A stretch of 64,000 nucleotides of DNA from Spirochaetia bacterium (lineage in GTDB: Bacteria > Spirochaetota > Spirochaetia > SZUA-6 > Bin103). Each line of letters opens with the position of its first letter. Position 1 is the stretch's first letter. This document shows positions 8,403 through 18,245 of the stretch, one piece after another. A program made the translations under genes and the position numbers. A model generated the notes under the pieces. It did no database searches. It worked only from the letters and a program-made list of their open reading frames with translations, and was not told where the DNA came from. The stretch is taken from positions 4,832,001-4,896,000 of the forward strand of contig CBDBDQ010000005.1 of NCBI GenBank assembly GCA_965203905.1, read 5' to 3'.

Positions 8403-10304
8403 ATGAGTCAGTACGGTCACACCGTGCCATGGAAGACGATGAAAACCGATACCCAAGCATCGCCCGGCGGGCGGCTTTTTCGGACCAGTCATGCATTACG
8501 AAACTGTAGACTATGGGTTGCGGTAATGATCGGGTTCGCGCTGGCCGCAACCGGCGCCTGGGCGTCGCCCGCCGGCGAGGAAGCGGCCGCTGCTGCGGAC
8601 AAGCCGATGGTGACCGACCCGACGACCGGAAAAATGGTCACCGCACCCGAGTACGGCGGCACGTTTACCTACGCGTACGCTTTGTTCGGTAAGAACACCG
8701 ACCCGTCGATCGAGGGGGGCTGGGCGGGCTTTCAGCTCTCCGGGGTCAACGAGAATCTCGTGCAGGGAGACTGGGGGCTGCCGCGGGACGAGTTCGGTTT
8801 CACCGGGAACTACGTGCCGACCTCGGTCTTCCGCGGTAACCTGGCCGCGAGTTGGGAGCAGCCGGACAACCGGACGTTCATCGTCCAGATCAAACCGGGC
8901 ATTCACTGGCACGACAAGGCGCCGATGAACGGGCGCGAGCTCACCGCCGACGACGTGGCGTGGGCCTACCGCCGCCATAGCGGCCTGCTCGACTTCAGGC
9001 CCGAGTACACCGCAACGCTCTTCGGGTTGCCGTGGGAGTCCATCGAGGCCCCCGACAAGTACACGGTCGTGTTCAAGCTCACCGAGCCGAGCCTCGGCAT
9101 GGTCCGTGCGATCCTGGCGGAGAACACCGCATGGGTGCTGCCTCGCGAGGTCATCGAACAGCACGGTGACTACACCGACTGGCGGAACGTAGTCGGCACC
9201 GGGCCGTTCATGCTGACCGAGCACGTCGAGGAAGTCTCGATGACCAGGACGCGTAATCCCAACTACCACGGCTTCGACGAGAAGTATCCGGACAACCGGC
9301 TGCCATACGTCGACGAGGTGAAGGCCCTGTTCATGGAAGAGGCGGCGACCCGCCTCGCCGCCATGCGCACCGGCCAGATCGACATGATTCACCGTTTCGG
9401 CGGCGGCACCACGATCGGTAAAGTCGAGGTGGTCAATGCGTTGCTGGGCACAAATCCCGACATCCAGGTGGGCACCTACTTCCAGCGTGCGCTGCAAGTG
9501 TCCGGTTTGAACATCCGTAAGCCGCCGTTCGACGACATCCGCGTGCGCCAGGCAATGCAGATGGCTCTCGACCGCGATGCGATCAACGACAGCTACTATG
9601 GCGGGTTCGCGCAACGGAAGCCTTCAGGCTATTTCGGAGACGCCAGTGGCCCCGTTTACACCCCATTCGAAGAGTGGCCACAGGAGCTCCAGGACGCATA
9701 CAGCTACAACCCGGAGGAGGCCGAGCAATTGCTCGACGAGGCCGGCTACCCGCGCGGCGCGGACGGGGTGCGCTTCGAGGTCACCTACGACTTCCGCAAC
9801 ATTGAAGTCATCGACCTGGGCTACGTCGAAATCGCAGCCGGCTACTGGAAGGAGATTGGCGTGGAGGTGGAGATCACCCTCCACGATACCGGCAGTTGGG
9901 TCCCTCGCCGCGTCGACGGGCTCTACGACATGACCACCGGCGATCAAGCCTGGGATCAGGACGTCAGCACGATTTTCGGCTGGTACGGCAATCTCGTGGA
10001 AGGACGGAAGAGTCATTTGACAGAGTATCTTGGCGGGGTTCCCGACCCCACCCTGATTCGGCTCTATCATGCGTTCAACGCCGCGACCGAAGAGTCGGAG
10101 CAGATACGAATTGCGAAAGAGTTCGACCTGTACGCCCTTTCTCAGCATTTTCAGGTATTCGGCTTCAAGTCGCCCCAATACCAGGTGGCCCAGCCATGGG
10201 TCAAGGGCTGGAACGGCGAGTCGTTCCTGCAGGACCAGGGCGATGTCCAGGTTTTTGCCCGGCTCTGGCTCGACCGCGACCTGAAGGCGGAAATGGGGTT
10301 CTGA
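8403..10304 (+). CDS. Family-5 (peptide/nickel) ABC substrate-binding protein
   Basis: Signal peptide, APEYGG, GRELTADDV, VGTGPF, PFDDIRVRQAMQMALDR; SD AGGAG before ATG 8403. Confidence 0.93.
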   Translation: MSQYGHTVPWKTMKTDTQASPGGRLFRTSHALRNCRLWVAVMIGFALAATGAWASPAGEEAAAAADKPMVTDPTTGKMVTAPEYGGTFTYAYALFGKNTDPSIEGGWAGFQLSGVNENLVQGDWGLPRDEFGFTGNYVPTSVFRGNLAASWEQPDNRTFIVQIKPGIHWHDKAPMNGRELTADDVAWAYRRHSGLLDFRPEYTATLFGLPWESIEAPDKYTVVFKLTEPSLGMVRAILAENTAWVLPREVIEQHGDYTDWRNVVGTGPFMLTEHVEEVSMTRTRNPNYHGFDEKYPDNRLPYVDEVKALFMEEAATRLAAMRTGQIDMIHRFGGGTTIGKVEVVNALLGTNPDIQVGTYFQRALQVSGLNIRKPPFDDIRVRQAMQMALDRDAINDSYYGGFAQRKPSGYFGDASGPVYTPFEEWPQELQDAYSYNPEEAEQLLDEAGYPRGADGVRFEVTYDFRNIEVIDLGYVEIAAGYWKEIGVEVEITLHDTGSWVPRRVDGLYDMTTGDQAWDQDVSTIFGWYGNLVEGRKSHLTEYLGGVPDPTLIRLYHAFNAATEESEQIRIAKEFDLYALSQHFQVFGFKSPQYQVAQPWVKGWNGESFLQDQGDVQVFARLWLDRDLKAEMGF

Positions 10305-10334
10305 CGCGCACGCCAGCGTTGGACGTGCGAACAC

Positions 10335-10366
10335 GGGGTGGCGGGCGACAACCTGCCACCCCTTTC
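10335..10366 (+). terminator. Intergenic hairpin after the binding-protein gene
   Basis: GGGGTGGCGGG-cgacaa-CCTGCCACCCC followed by TTTC. Confidence 0.6.
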
Positions 10367-10386
10367 ATTAAAGGTGCTGAGCCGAG

Positions 10387-11358
10387 ATGCGGGCGTATGT
10401 GATCAGACGGGTTCTGCTGGTGATCCCGACCCTGTTCATCGTCACCCTCCTGGTGTTCCTGTCGGTACGCTTCATCCCCGGCGACATCATCGACGTGATG
10501 GCCGCCCGGATGACCTTCAGCGGGAGCGGCTCGATCGACGAGGAGGCTCTGAAGAAACGGCTCGGGCTCGATAAACCGGTCTACGTGCAGTACGCGAAGT
10601 GGATCGGTGACATCCTGCTGCGCGGCACCCTCGGCCACTCGCTGTACAGCGGCTCGTCGGCCGGCGCCACGGTGGAGGAGAAGCTCGCCGGTCGGGCCGG
10701 GGTAACGGTCGAGTTGGGGCTGCTGGCGATCCTCACCGGGCTCATCATCGCCGCGCCGGTCGGCATCTACTCGGCGATTCGCCAGTACACGGTGGCCGAC
10801 TACGCCGGCCGGGCGCTCGCCATCTTCGGCCTGGCGACCCCCAATTTCTGGCTGGGGCTGATGGTGATGATCTACCCGGCCATCTGGTGGGGCTGGACGC
10901 CGCCGCTGACCCACGTCCGCTTCTCCGAGGACCCCTGGGCCAATCTCGGCATTCTGATCGTTCCCGCCCTGATTCTGGGGACCTACCTGGCGGCGAGCAC
11001 CATGCGCATGACGCGCACGATGATGCTGGAGGTGCTGCGCCAGGACTACGTGCGGACCGCTTGGGCCAAGGGCCTGAAGGAGCGGAGGGTGGTGCTGCGC
11101 CACGCGGTGAAGAACGCGCTCATCCCGGTGGTGACCCTGGTGGCGCTGCAACTTCCCATCATCGCCGGCGGCTCGGTGATCATCGAGAACATCTTCAATC
11201 TGCCGGGGCTCGGGCGCCTGATGCTGACCGCCCTCAACGAGCGCGACTACCCGGTGGTTTCCGGCATCAACCTGCTGTTCGCCTCGGTGGTGGTGGTGAT
11301 CAACCTCGGCACCGACCTGACCTACGCGCTGCTGGACCCGCGGGTGCGCTATGAGTGA
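10387..11358 (+). CDS. Peptide/nickel ABC permease (DppB-like)
   Basis: MRAYVIRR, PGD, DYVRTAWAKGL, RDYPVV, LDPRVRY. Confidence 0.95.
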   Translation: MRAYVIRRVLLVIPTLFIVTLLVFLSVRFIPGDIIDVMAARMTFSGSGSIDEEALKKRLGLDKPVYVQYAKWIGDILLRGTLGHSLYSGSSAGATVEEKLAGRAGVTVELGLLAILTGLIIAAPVGIYSAIRQYTVADYAGRALAIFGLATPNFWLGLMVMIYPAIWWGWTPPLTHVRFSEDPWANLGILIVPALILGTYLAASTMRMTRTMMLEVLRQDYVRTAWAKGLKERRVVLRHAVKNALIPVVTLVALQLPIIAGGSVIIENIFNLPGLGRLMLTALNERDYPVVSGINLLFASVVVVINLGTDLTYALLDPRVRYE

Positions 11359-12418
11359 GCCGGTCCCGGGCGATGCGGCCGGGGCCGGCCGCGCAGGCGC
11401 AGGCGGAGACGCAGGCCGTGGCGCAGGCGGTGGTGGCGGCCCAAGCGGCGGCACACGTGGCGGACCCTCCGCGGCGGGCGCCACTGCACCGGCGCGCCGG
11501 CGACTGGTGGCCAGCTTCCTGTTACGGTTGCTGAAGGAGCAGCCGCTGGGAGCCGTTGGCGCCCTCATCGTGCTGGCGTTGGTGTTGATCACCATCTTCG
11601 CCGCGCAGCTCGCGCCCTACGAATTCGACCGCGGCCGGGTGCAGGACCGGATGCAGGGTCCGTCGGCCGCGCACCTGCTGGGCACCGACCACGTCGGCCG
11701 CGACTTCCTGAGCCGCCTCATCATCGGCGCGCGCCTGTCGATCACGGTCGGGCTGGCGGCAACGTCGCTGAACGTGATCGTCGCGCTGCTGATCGGCGGC
11801 ACCACCGGCTTCGTCGGCGGCCGGCTCGACATCTACGCACAGCGGTTCGTGGACGCGTGGATGTCGTTTCCGGGGCTGCTGTTGCTGCTCACCATCATGT
11901 CGATCGCCGGGCGCGGCGTGGTGCAGATCATCGTCGTGCTCGGGGTGGCCGGCGGCATTCCCGCGTCGCGGGTGGTGCGCGGCGCGGTGATCGGGGTCAA
12001 GGAGAACGCCTACTTCCAGGCCGCGGAGGCGACCGGCGCCCGCACGCTGCGCACGCTGATCCATCACGTGCTGCCCAACATCGCGGCGCCGCTGATCGTC
12101 GTGTTCAGCATCAACGTCGGCAGCGTGATCATCGCCGAGGCGTCGCTGAGCTTCCTGGGCTTCGGCCTGCCGGCGACCGTTCCGAGCTGGGGCGGCATGC
12201 TGAGCCGCGAGGGCCGCCAGTACATGGAGATTGCGCCGCGGCTGGCGCTGTGGCCGGGCCTGTGCCTGACGGTGACGGTCTACGCCCTCAACCTGTTGGG
12301 CGACGCGGTGCGCGACCTGCTGGACCCGCGCCTGCGCGGCGCCGCCGGCCGCTACGGGGGCGGGCGCCGCCCCCGCCGCACGCCGCGCCGCCGTGGCGTG
12401 CGCCCGCGCCGTTCATAA
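11351..12418 (+). CDS. Peptide/nickel ABC permease (DppC-like) with Gly/Ala-rich N-terminal extension
   Basis: HLLGTDHVGRDFLSRL, HVLPNI, SFLGFG..PSWG, GDAVRDLLDPR. Confidence 0.95.
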   Translation: MSEPVPGDAAGAGRAGAGGDAGRGAGGGGGPSGGTRGGPSAAGATAPARRRLVASFLLRLLKEQPLGAVGALIVLALVLITIFAAQLAPYEFDRGRVQDRMQGPSAAHLLGTDHVGRDFLSRLIIGARLSITVGLAATSLNVIVALLIGGTTGFVGGRLDIYAQRFVDAWMSFPGLLLLLTIMSIAGRGVVQIIVVLGVAGGIPASRVVRGAVIGVKENAYFQAAEATGARTLRTLIHHVLPNIAAPLIVVFSINVGSVIIAEASLSFLGFGLPATVPSWGGMLSREGRQYMEIAPRLALWPGLCLTVTVYALNLLGDAVRDLLDPRLRGAAGRYGGGRRPRRTPRRRGVRPRRS

Positions 12419-12663
12419 GCCTTGCGTAGCCGTGCCGGCGCCGGTTTTGGGGCGCTATCTCGCGGACGCTGGCTGAGCCGCCACGGCGCCGGCTGTCTCG
12501 GTTGTCAGCTTACTTTGATCTGGCTGGTTGACCCGAGTCATGTCGGCGAGTGGGGCAAACGGCCGGCCGCGCCACAGTGTCGGGCAGGCGCCGAAGATCG
12601 GCAGCTTCGAGGGCATGGGCAACGACGAGCTCACTCCGCTGTGGTGCGCGGTGGCCCATCGGC

Positions 12664-13035
12664 TTGACGCAGGCCAATCACTGGAGTCACAATCCAGCCG
12701 GCACCATGAATGCCGGCTTCGACGCGCTCGAGCCAACTGGACATTGGGACGGGATAGATGGGACGATGGGATCCGCTATCGGTGGCGCCGGCTCGGTTCA
12801 TCGCCAACCGGCATGCGGACCGCCCACGCCCTTCCCGCCGACCACAACCGCGCCGGATCCCCGCCCGCAACTGACTGCCCGCAAAACCTACCGCCGGCGT
12901 TGCCGGTCAACCACGCTCGTGACTCCCTCAACCACGGGAGGTAAAGATGATACTGAAAGAACCGCACGCGCGCGCGGCGTGAGCCGGGGTGAACCCGCTG
13001 AGTCACACGCCGCGCGCTTCACAAATTGACTCAGA
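12664..13035 (+). promoter_or_regulatory. Orphaned copy of the binding-protein leader (promoter, conserved block, mini-ORF, hairpin), interrupted by the intron
   Basis: TTGACG(12664)-18-CACAAT; 12779-13035 aligns with 14960-15272. Confidence 0.7.
12947..12982 (+). CDS. Putative 11-aa leader peptide MILKEPHARAA
   Basis: SD GGGAGG at 12936-12941; paralog at 15181-15216; stop codon overlaps the end of the left arm of the 12-bp stem. Confidence 0.5.
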   Translation: MILKEPHARAA

Positions 13036-14681
13036 TCGCGCCAGGCCAAGCCTGGGAGGGGAGGAAGATGTGAAGTATGCATCAGAAACCTATCGTAGCC
13101 ACCCTGTGGGTAGCCAATCCCACCCGGTAGAGCGTAGCCGGCAGCCGGAAGCGAGTCTTGCGTTGGTCGGGGGCGACCCCGGGGACGAAGCGTAGACAGC
13201 GACCACAGAAGCCGTGTTATTGAGCCACGAAAGAATAATTGCTGGGGCCTTCGTCGTTCTGAGAGCGGGGGCAGCACCGACGTGCCGAAAACAACGGCTT
13301 GGCACGGAGGCCCGGCCGGGGTCGGAGAGCAGGGCAAATGTGGAGCGGGCGGCCCAGGAACCTGGGAGGTCTCGTTGTCTCCATGACGGGAGAGCCGGAG
13401 GGACGCCGGCGGACCAAAGTCCGGGCCTGTGCGGAGGAGCATCCGAGGAAGCACAGGAGCGAATAGACGGGTGCCGACATGGTATCGCCAAGCGAAGGCA
13501 ACGAAGCGCGGCGAGAAGGGCAGCGAGAAGTCTTAGCGCCCCCGTAGTACCGATGAAGTCGGGGAACGGTCGCCGCACCGGACCCGGCGGAGGGAAGGAG
13601 GGCGTCGAGTTGCAGAACCGTTGCGGGGAAACACGGAAGGTGCAATGGAATCTGGGAGCGTGTTAACGAAACAGCAGCGGATAGCAGAGAACGCGAGAAT
13701 CCATCCGGAAGTAGCGTTTACGTCGCTGGCGTATCATATGGATCTGGAGTGGCTGTACGAGGCCTACCGGCGCACCCGGAAGGACGGTGCAGTGGGCGTT
13801 GATGAACAGACCGCCGAGCAGTACGAGGAACACTTGGAGCAGAATCTGAGATTACTCCTGGAGCGCGCGAAGGCAGGTACGTATCGGGCACCGCCGGTGA
13901 GGCGGGTGCACATACCGAAGGGGACAAGCGGGGAAACCCGGCCCATCGGGATACCGACTTTCGAGGACAAGATACTCCAGCGGGCGGTGCAGATGCTGCT
14001 TGAGCCTCTGTACGAGCAGGACTTTTTGGACTGTTCGCATGGCTTTCGGCCCGAGCGATCGCCGCACACGGCGCTGGAGACACTCTGGAAACAGACGTTG
14101 CGGCAAGGGGGAGGATGGGTGATAGACCTGGACATACGCAAGTTCTTCGACACCCTGTCACACACCCACCTACGAACGATTCTCGGGCAGCGGATGCGGG
14201 ATGGAGTGGTTACGCGGCTTATTGGCAAGTGGCTGAAAGCCGGCGTCATGGAGAATGGCGCTGTCTCACACGCGGGGCAGGGTACGCCACAGGGCGGAGG
14301 GATATCTCCGCTACTGAGCAATATCTACCTGCACGAAGTACTCGACCAATGGTTCACCGGGGTAATGCAACGGCACCTGCGGGGACGGGCATTCCTGGTA
14401 CGATTTGCAGACGACGCGGTAATGGTATTCACCGATCGGCACGATGCCGAGCGGGTATTGAATGCACTGCCGAAGCGATTCGCAAAGTACGGGCTGACCG
14501 TTCACGAAGAGAAGACCGAGATGCTGCGGTTTGAGCCACCGGAAGGGGAAAGGGCGGGAGCACGACGGGAAAGTTTTCAGTTTCTGGGGTTCACCCACTA
14601 CTCGGGACGCTCGCGCAAGGGGAAATGGATCGTGCAGCGGAAGACCGCGAGCGACCGACTTACCCGAGCGCTACGCGCTGT
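13036..14681 (+). mobile_element. Group II intron, 3'-truncated (domains V/VI missing), bacterial class E-like
   Basis: Starts TCGCGCC where homology to the uninterrupted leader stops; ~585 nt ribozyme region; EBS1 TCTGAG (13258-13263) complementary to exon CTCAGA; no domain V found downstream of the RT. Confidence 0.88.
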
Positions 14682-14730
14682 ACAGTCAGCGCAGTGGCGG
14701 GTTGCCGGTGACCTTCGCTCACCCCGGTGA
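13621..14730 (+). pseudogene. ltrA: Group II intron reverse transcriptase/maturase, truncated in domain X
   Basis: GAVGVD, RVHIPK..RPIGIPTFEDK, DIRKFFD, GTPQGG.ISPLLSNIYLH, RFADD, FQFLGF; homology ends at KTASDRLTRALRAV. Confidence 0.9.
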
Positions 14731-14743
14731 CCCCCACGAGTCG

Positions 14744-15325
14744 TTGACGGCGCGCCGCGCCTATGCTAGCGTGCCTCACTTGGGGTTCGACGGATGCCGA
14801 TGAAGCGCCATGATAACAGTCAGCGCAGTAGCCGGTTGGCGGTGACGCAGCCGATGTACCCCCCCCTTACTTCTCGAACCGAGAAACAACTAACCGCTCG
14901 GGCTGATCGCCCCCTACGCGACCCCGCGCACGCCGTCGCCTTCACCACCGCCGTAGCTGTCGGTGGCACCGGCTCCGTCCATCGCCGAACCGGCATGCGG
15001 GGCGCCCCCACCCTTCCCGGCGGCGAGGGCAGCCGTCCCGGATCGCTGCCCGCGACTGACTGCCCGCAAAACCCACCGCCGGCGTTGCCGGCCATTCAGA
15101 CTCACTGCTGCTCAAACCACCGCCACGCGTGGCGTTGTAACGCAGATCCCGACGTAAATCTAGAGAAGAAGGAGGTTCGAATGACACTCAAAGAACCGCA
15201 CGCGCGCGCGGCGTGAGCCCGGGTGATCCCGGATGAGTCACACGCCGCGCGCTCTCAGGAAGTTGACTCAGACTTGCCGCCCGCGTTGGGCGGGCGCGAA
15301 AAGAGATCGACAACGGGAGTTGAAT
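14744..15325 (+). promoter_or_regulatory. Promoter and ~550-nt structured leader of binding-protein gene 2
   Basis: TTGACG(14744)-17-TAGCGT; uORF with C8 at 14859-14866; conserved block; mini-ORF and hairpins. Confidence 0.7.
15181..15216 (+). CDS. Putative 11-aa leader peptide MTLKEPHARAA
   Basis: SD AAGGAGG at 15169-15175; 10/11 aa identical to 12947-12982. Confidence 0.5.
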   Translation: MTLKEPHARAA

Positions 15326-17149
15326 ATGCAGATCGCAAAACTCACATGGACCTTCGCAGTAGCGTTGGTCCTGGTGCTGACCGCCACCGGCCTCTGGGCC
15401 ACTGGCACAGAAGAGCAGCCGACAGCCGCAGCTGCCGACAAGAGGAATGTCACCGACCCCGCCACCGGCCAGACGTGGACCGCGCCAGAGTATGGCGGGA
15501 CACTCACGCAGGGCGTTAGGGCCTTTCCCCCAAATAATAATAGTGACGGGTGGTCGGTTCATCCTGGCTGGGCGGCTCACCTCATCAGTGGCGTTAATGA
15601 GAAGCTAGCCTTCGTCGACTGGGGACAATCCAGGGATATATGGACAGGCACACAGCCTTGGACCGCCGAGATGTTTATAGGGAATCTGGCTGAAAGCTGG
15701 TCAACGCCCGACGACACAACGTTCATCTGGCACATCCGCCAGGGCGTTTACTGGGACAATAAGGCGCCGGTGAACGGTCGGGAGTTCGATGCCCATGACG
15801 TCGAATATAACTATCACCGCTATTTGGGTCTGGGCGATTTCACCGAAGACGGACCTAGCGCCCATCAGAGTGCTATAACTGCGTCTGGGAGAGCGGGTGT
15901 AGAGATCGAATCGGTAACAGCCACCGACAAATGGACGGTTGTTGTTAAGCTCAAGCCTCACGTCCTTGTGTTGCAGCATATGCTCAACAACTACTTGATG
16001 ATCTACGCCCCAGAGCAAATCGATGAATACGGCGACGCTAAGGATTGGAGGAACCTGGTCGGCACTGGTCCCTTCAGACTGACTGATGTCGTGGAGGGCA
16101 GCTCGGCAACCTGGGAGAAGAATCCTAACTACTGGGGCTACGACGAAAAATTCCCGGAGAACCGCTTGCCCTATATTGACAAGTTAAGGTCCTTGTTGCT
16201 ACCAGACGTGTCAGCACGTCTGGCAGCTATGCGTACGGGCAAGATTGATATGCTGAGCAACACCGGCGACGCCTATATACAATCTCTCGACGATGTAGAG
16301 AGCCTCCAGAAAACCAACCCTGAAATCGATGTGTGGCCCACTTATGCCTGGATAGCGGGCGCATTCCTTTTCAACCAGTCTCTGCCGCTCACTGCCGACG
16401 TCAATGTGCGCAAGGCACTGCAGATGTCAGTGGACCGCGAGACAATTTCCGCTACCTACTATAAGGGTTGGGGAGATCCAACACCTGGTGCGCTATTCAA
16501 TCAACGCTTTACAGGGTATTCCTGGCCAATGGAAAACTGGCCCGACGAGGTCAAGCGTGAGTATGAGTATCGACCGGATGACGCAGAAGCGTTGCTTGAT
16601 GCGGCCGGATATCCTCGCGGCGCCGACGGCTATAGGTTCAAGGTCAAGCTTGCCTATAACGAGGCGTTCGATTCGACCTATCCAGAAATCATCATGGGGT
16701 ACTTCGAAGCCATTGGCGTTGACAGCGAGCTTGTTATCCTGACTCGTGCTGAAGTAGGAGCTGCCCAAAGGGCGGACACGCACGAGTGGCACCTAGCGGA
16801 TGGGGGATGGATGGGCCTTACAACCCACTTTGGGATCGGGTCTGTAAGCCAAAACATTGATGGCTTCAGCTTCAACAAAGCGAAGGACCCGCGTATGGAG
16901 GCCCTGTATTATGCTGCCGAAGAGACTATGGACATTGAGGAGTATAAGAGTATTCAAAGACAGGCCGATGAGATCACTGTAAGGGAGCACTGGGGCCTAT
17001 CCAAACCCTTCTCCCCTATCGTTTTCGTGAGCCACCCGTGGGTCCAGGGCTATTTCGGTGAAGATTCTTTGGGAAGGGGTGAACGTAATACCTTCTTGGC
17101 CCGCCTCTGGATTGATAGTGAGCTGAAGGAAGCAATGACGGGAAATTAG
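15326..17149 (+). CDS. Family-5 ABC substrate-binding protein (paralog 2)
   Basis: Signal peptide MQIAKL..TGLWA, APEYGG, GREFDAHDV, VGTGPF, ARLWIDSELKEAM. Confidence 0.93.
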   Translation: MQIAKLTWTFAVALVLVLTATGLWATGTEEQPTAAAADKRNVTDPATGQTWTAPEYGGTLTQGVRAFPPNNNSDGWSVHPGWAAHLISGVNEKLAFVDWGQSRDIWTGTQPWTAEMFIGNLAESWSTPDDTTFIWHIRQGVYWDNKAPVNGREFDAHDVEYNYHRYLGLGDFTEDGPSAHQSAITASGRAGVEIESVTATDKWTVVVKLKPHVLVLQHMLNNYLMIYAPEQIDEYGDAKDWRNLVGTGPFRLTDVVEGSSATWEKNPNYWGYDEKFPENRLPYIDKLRSLLLPDVSARLAAMRTGKIDMLSNTGDAYIQSLDDVESLQKTNPEIDVWPTYAWIAGAFLFNQSLPLTADVNVRKALQMSVDRETISATYYKGWGDPTPGALFNQRFTGYSWPMENWPDEVKREYEYRPDDAEALLDAAGYPRGADGYRFKVKLAYNEAFDSTYPEIIMGYFEAIGVDSELVILTRAEVGAAQRADTHEWHLADGGWMGLTTHFGIGSVSQNIDGFSFNKAKDPRMEALYYAAEETMDIEEYKSIQRQADEITVREHWGLSKPFSPIVFVSHPWVQGYFGEDSLGRGERNTFLARLWIDSELKEAMTGN

Positions 17150-17163
17150 CAGTATACTCCTGT

Positions 17164-17205
17164 GGAGCTGGGTGGCGGTCGCTTGTGAGCGCGCTTCCCA
17201 GCTCC
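17164..17205 (+). terminator. Intergenic hairpin after the binding-protein gene
   Basis: GGAGCTGGG...CCCAGCTCC imperfect stem. Confidence 0.5.
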
Positions 17206-17225
17206 CATACTTGGGGCACTAACAC

Positions 17226-18230
17226 ATGAGAGCCTATCTCATCAGGCGGTTATTGCTCATAATCCCCACCCTGTTCATATTGACCATCATAGTCTTTGTT
17301 ACGGTCCGCTTTATCCCCGGCGATGTAATAGACACAATGGTGGCTGAGATGAATACTTTCCAACCAGGGACGATTGACCGTGAAGCTCTGGAGCGTCAGC
17401 TGGGACTAGACGTGCCTGTCTACGTGCAGTATGGACGCTGGATAGGAGTGTTGCCGACCCCTGATCGGATTACCGGTGAGCCCCACTTTAAAGGCCTCCT
17501 CCAGGGCACCTTTGGCGAATCACTGTTTGGCGCTGCTTTTGCGATAGAGGAGATCATAATCGGGAGATTGCCAGTAACCATTGAGCTTGGTGCTCTGTCA
17601 ATCGTAATTGGGCTCGTTATAGCCCTTCCCGTCGGCGTCTACTCGGCGATCCGCCAGGACACCGCCGCCGATTACGTAGGGCGCACCGCCGCCATCATCG
17701 GCTTGGCAACGCCGAACTTCTGGCTCGGAATCATGGTCATGCTCTACCCGGCAATCTGGTGGGGCTGGTCGCCGCCGATGGAGCTGATTCCCTTCAAGGA
17801 AGACCCGCTGGGGAATCTCGGGATGTTCCTCATTCCGGCCCTGATTCTGGGCACGGCCCTTGCTGCCAGCACCATGCGGATGACCCGCACCATGATGCTG
17901 GAGGTGCTCAGGCAGGACTATATCAGGACCGCCTGGTCGAAAGGGCTCAGGGAACGGGTAGTTGTCATGCGGCACGCCATCAAGAATGCCCTCATCCCGG
18001 TAGTTACCTTGGTCGGCCTGCAGCTCCCCCTCCTGGTAGGTGGCTCCGTTATCATGGAGCAAATATTCGCTCTGCCGGGGATAGGCCGTATGTTTGTGGA
18101 TGCGCTCGATAGCAGAGACTATCCGGTAGTCTCCGCCATAAACCTGGTTTTTGCTGCCGTGGTTTTGGGGATCAATCTCGTGATCGACCTGATTTATGCT
18201 TTCCTGGACCCCAGGGTTCGGTATCAATAA
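17226..18230 (+). CDS. Peptide/nickel ABC permease (DppB-like)
   Basis: Close paralog of 10387-11358. Confidence 0.95.
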   Translation: MRAYLIRRLLLIIPTLFILTIIVFVTVRFIPGDVIDTMVAEMNTFQPGTIDREALERQLGLDVPVYVQYGRWIGVLPTPDRITGEPHFKGLLQGTFGESLFGAAFAIEEIIIGRLPVTIELGALSIVIGLVIALPVGVYSAIRQDTAADYVGRTAAIIGLATPNFWLGIMVMLYPAIWWGWSPPMELIPFKEDPLGNLGMFLIPALILGTALAASTMRMTRTMMLEVLRQDYIRTAWSKGLRERVVVMRHAIKNALIPVVTLVGLQLPLLVGGSVIMEQIFALPGIGRMFVDALDSRDYPVVSAINLVFAAVVLGINLVIDLIYAFLDPRVRYQ

Positions 18231-18245
18231 AGGAAAACGGCGAGT

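Noticed and set aside
11365-11490. Gly/Ala-rich GCAGGC-type repeats at the dppC start
   Set aside because: Low-complexity extension without regular period; absent from the paralog and no evidence of function.
12779-13620. Retron msr/msd upstream of the RT
   Set aside because: No retron VTG or NAxxH motifs; the upstream RNA has EBS1-IBS1 pairing typical of a group II intron.
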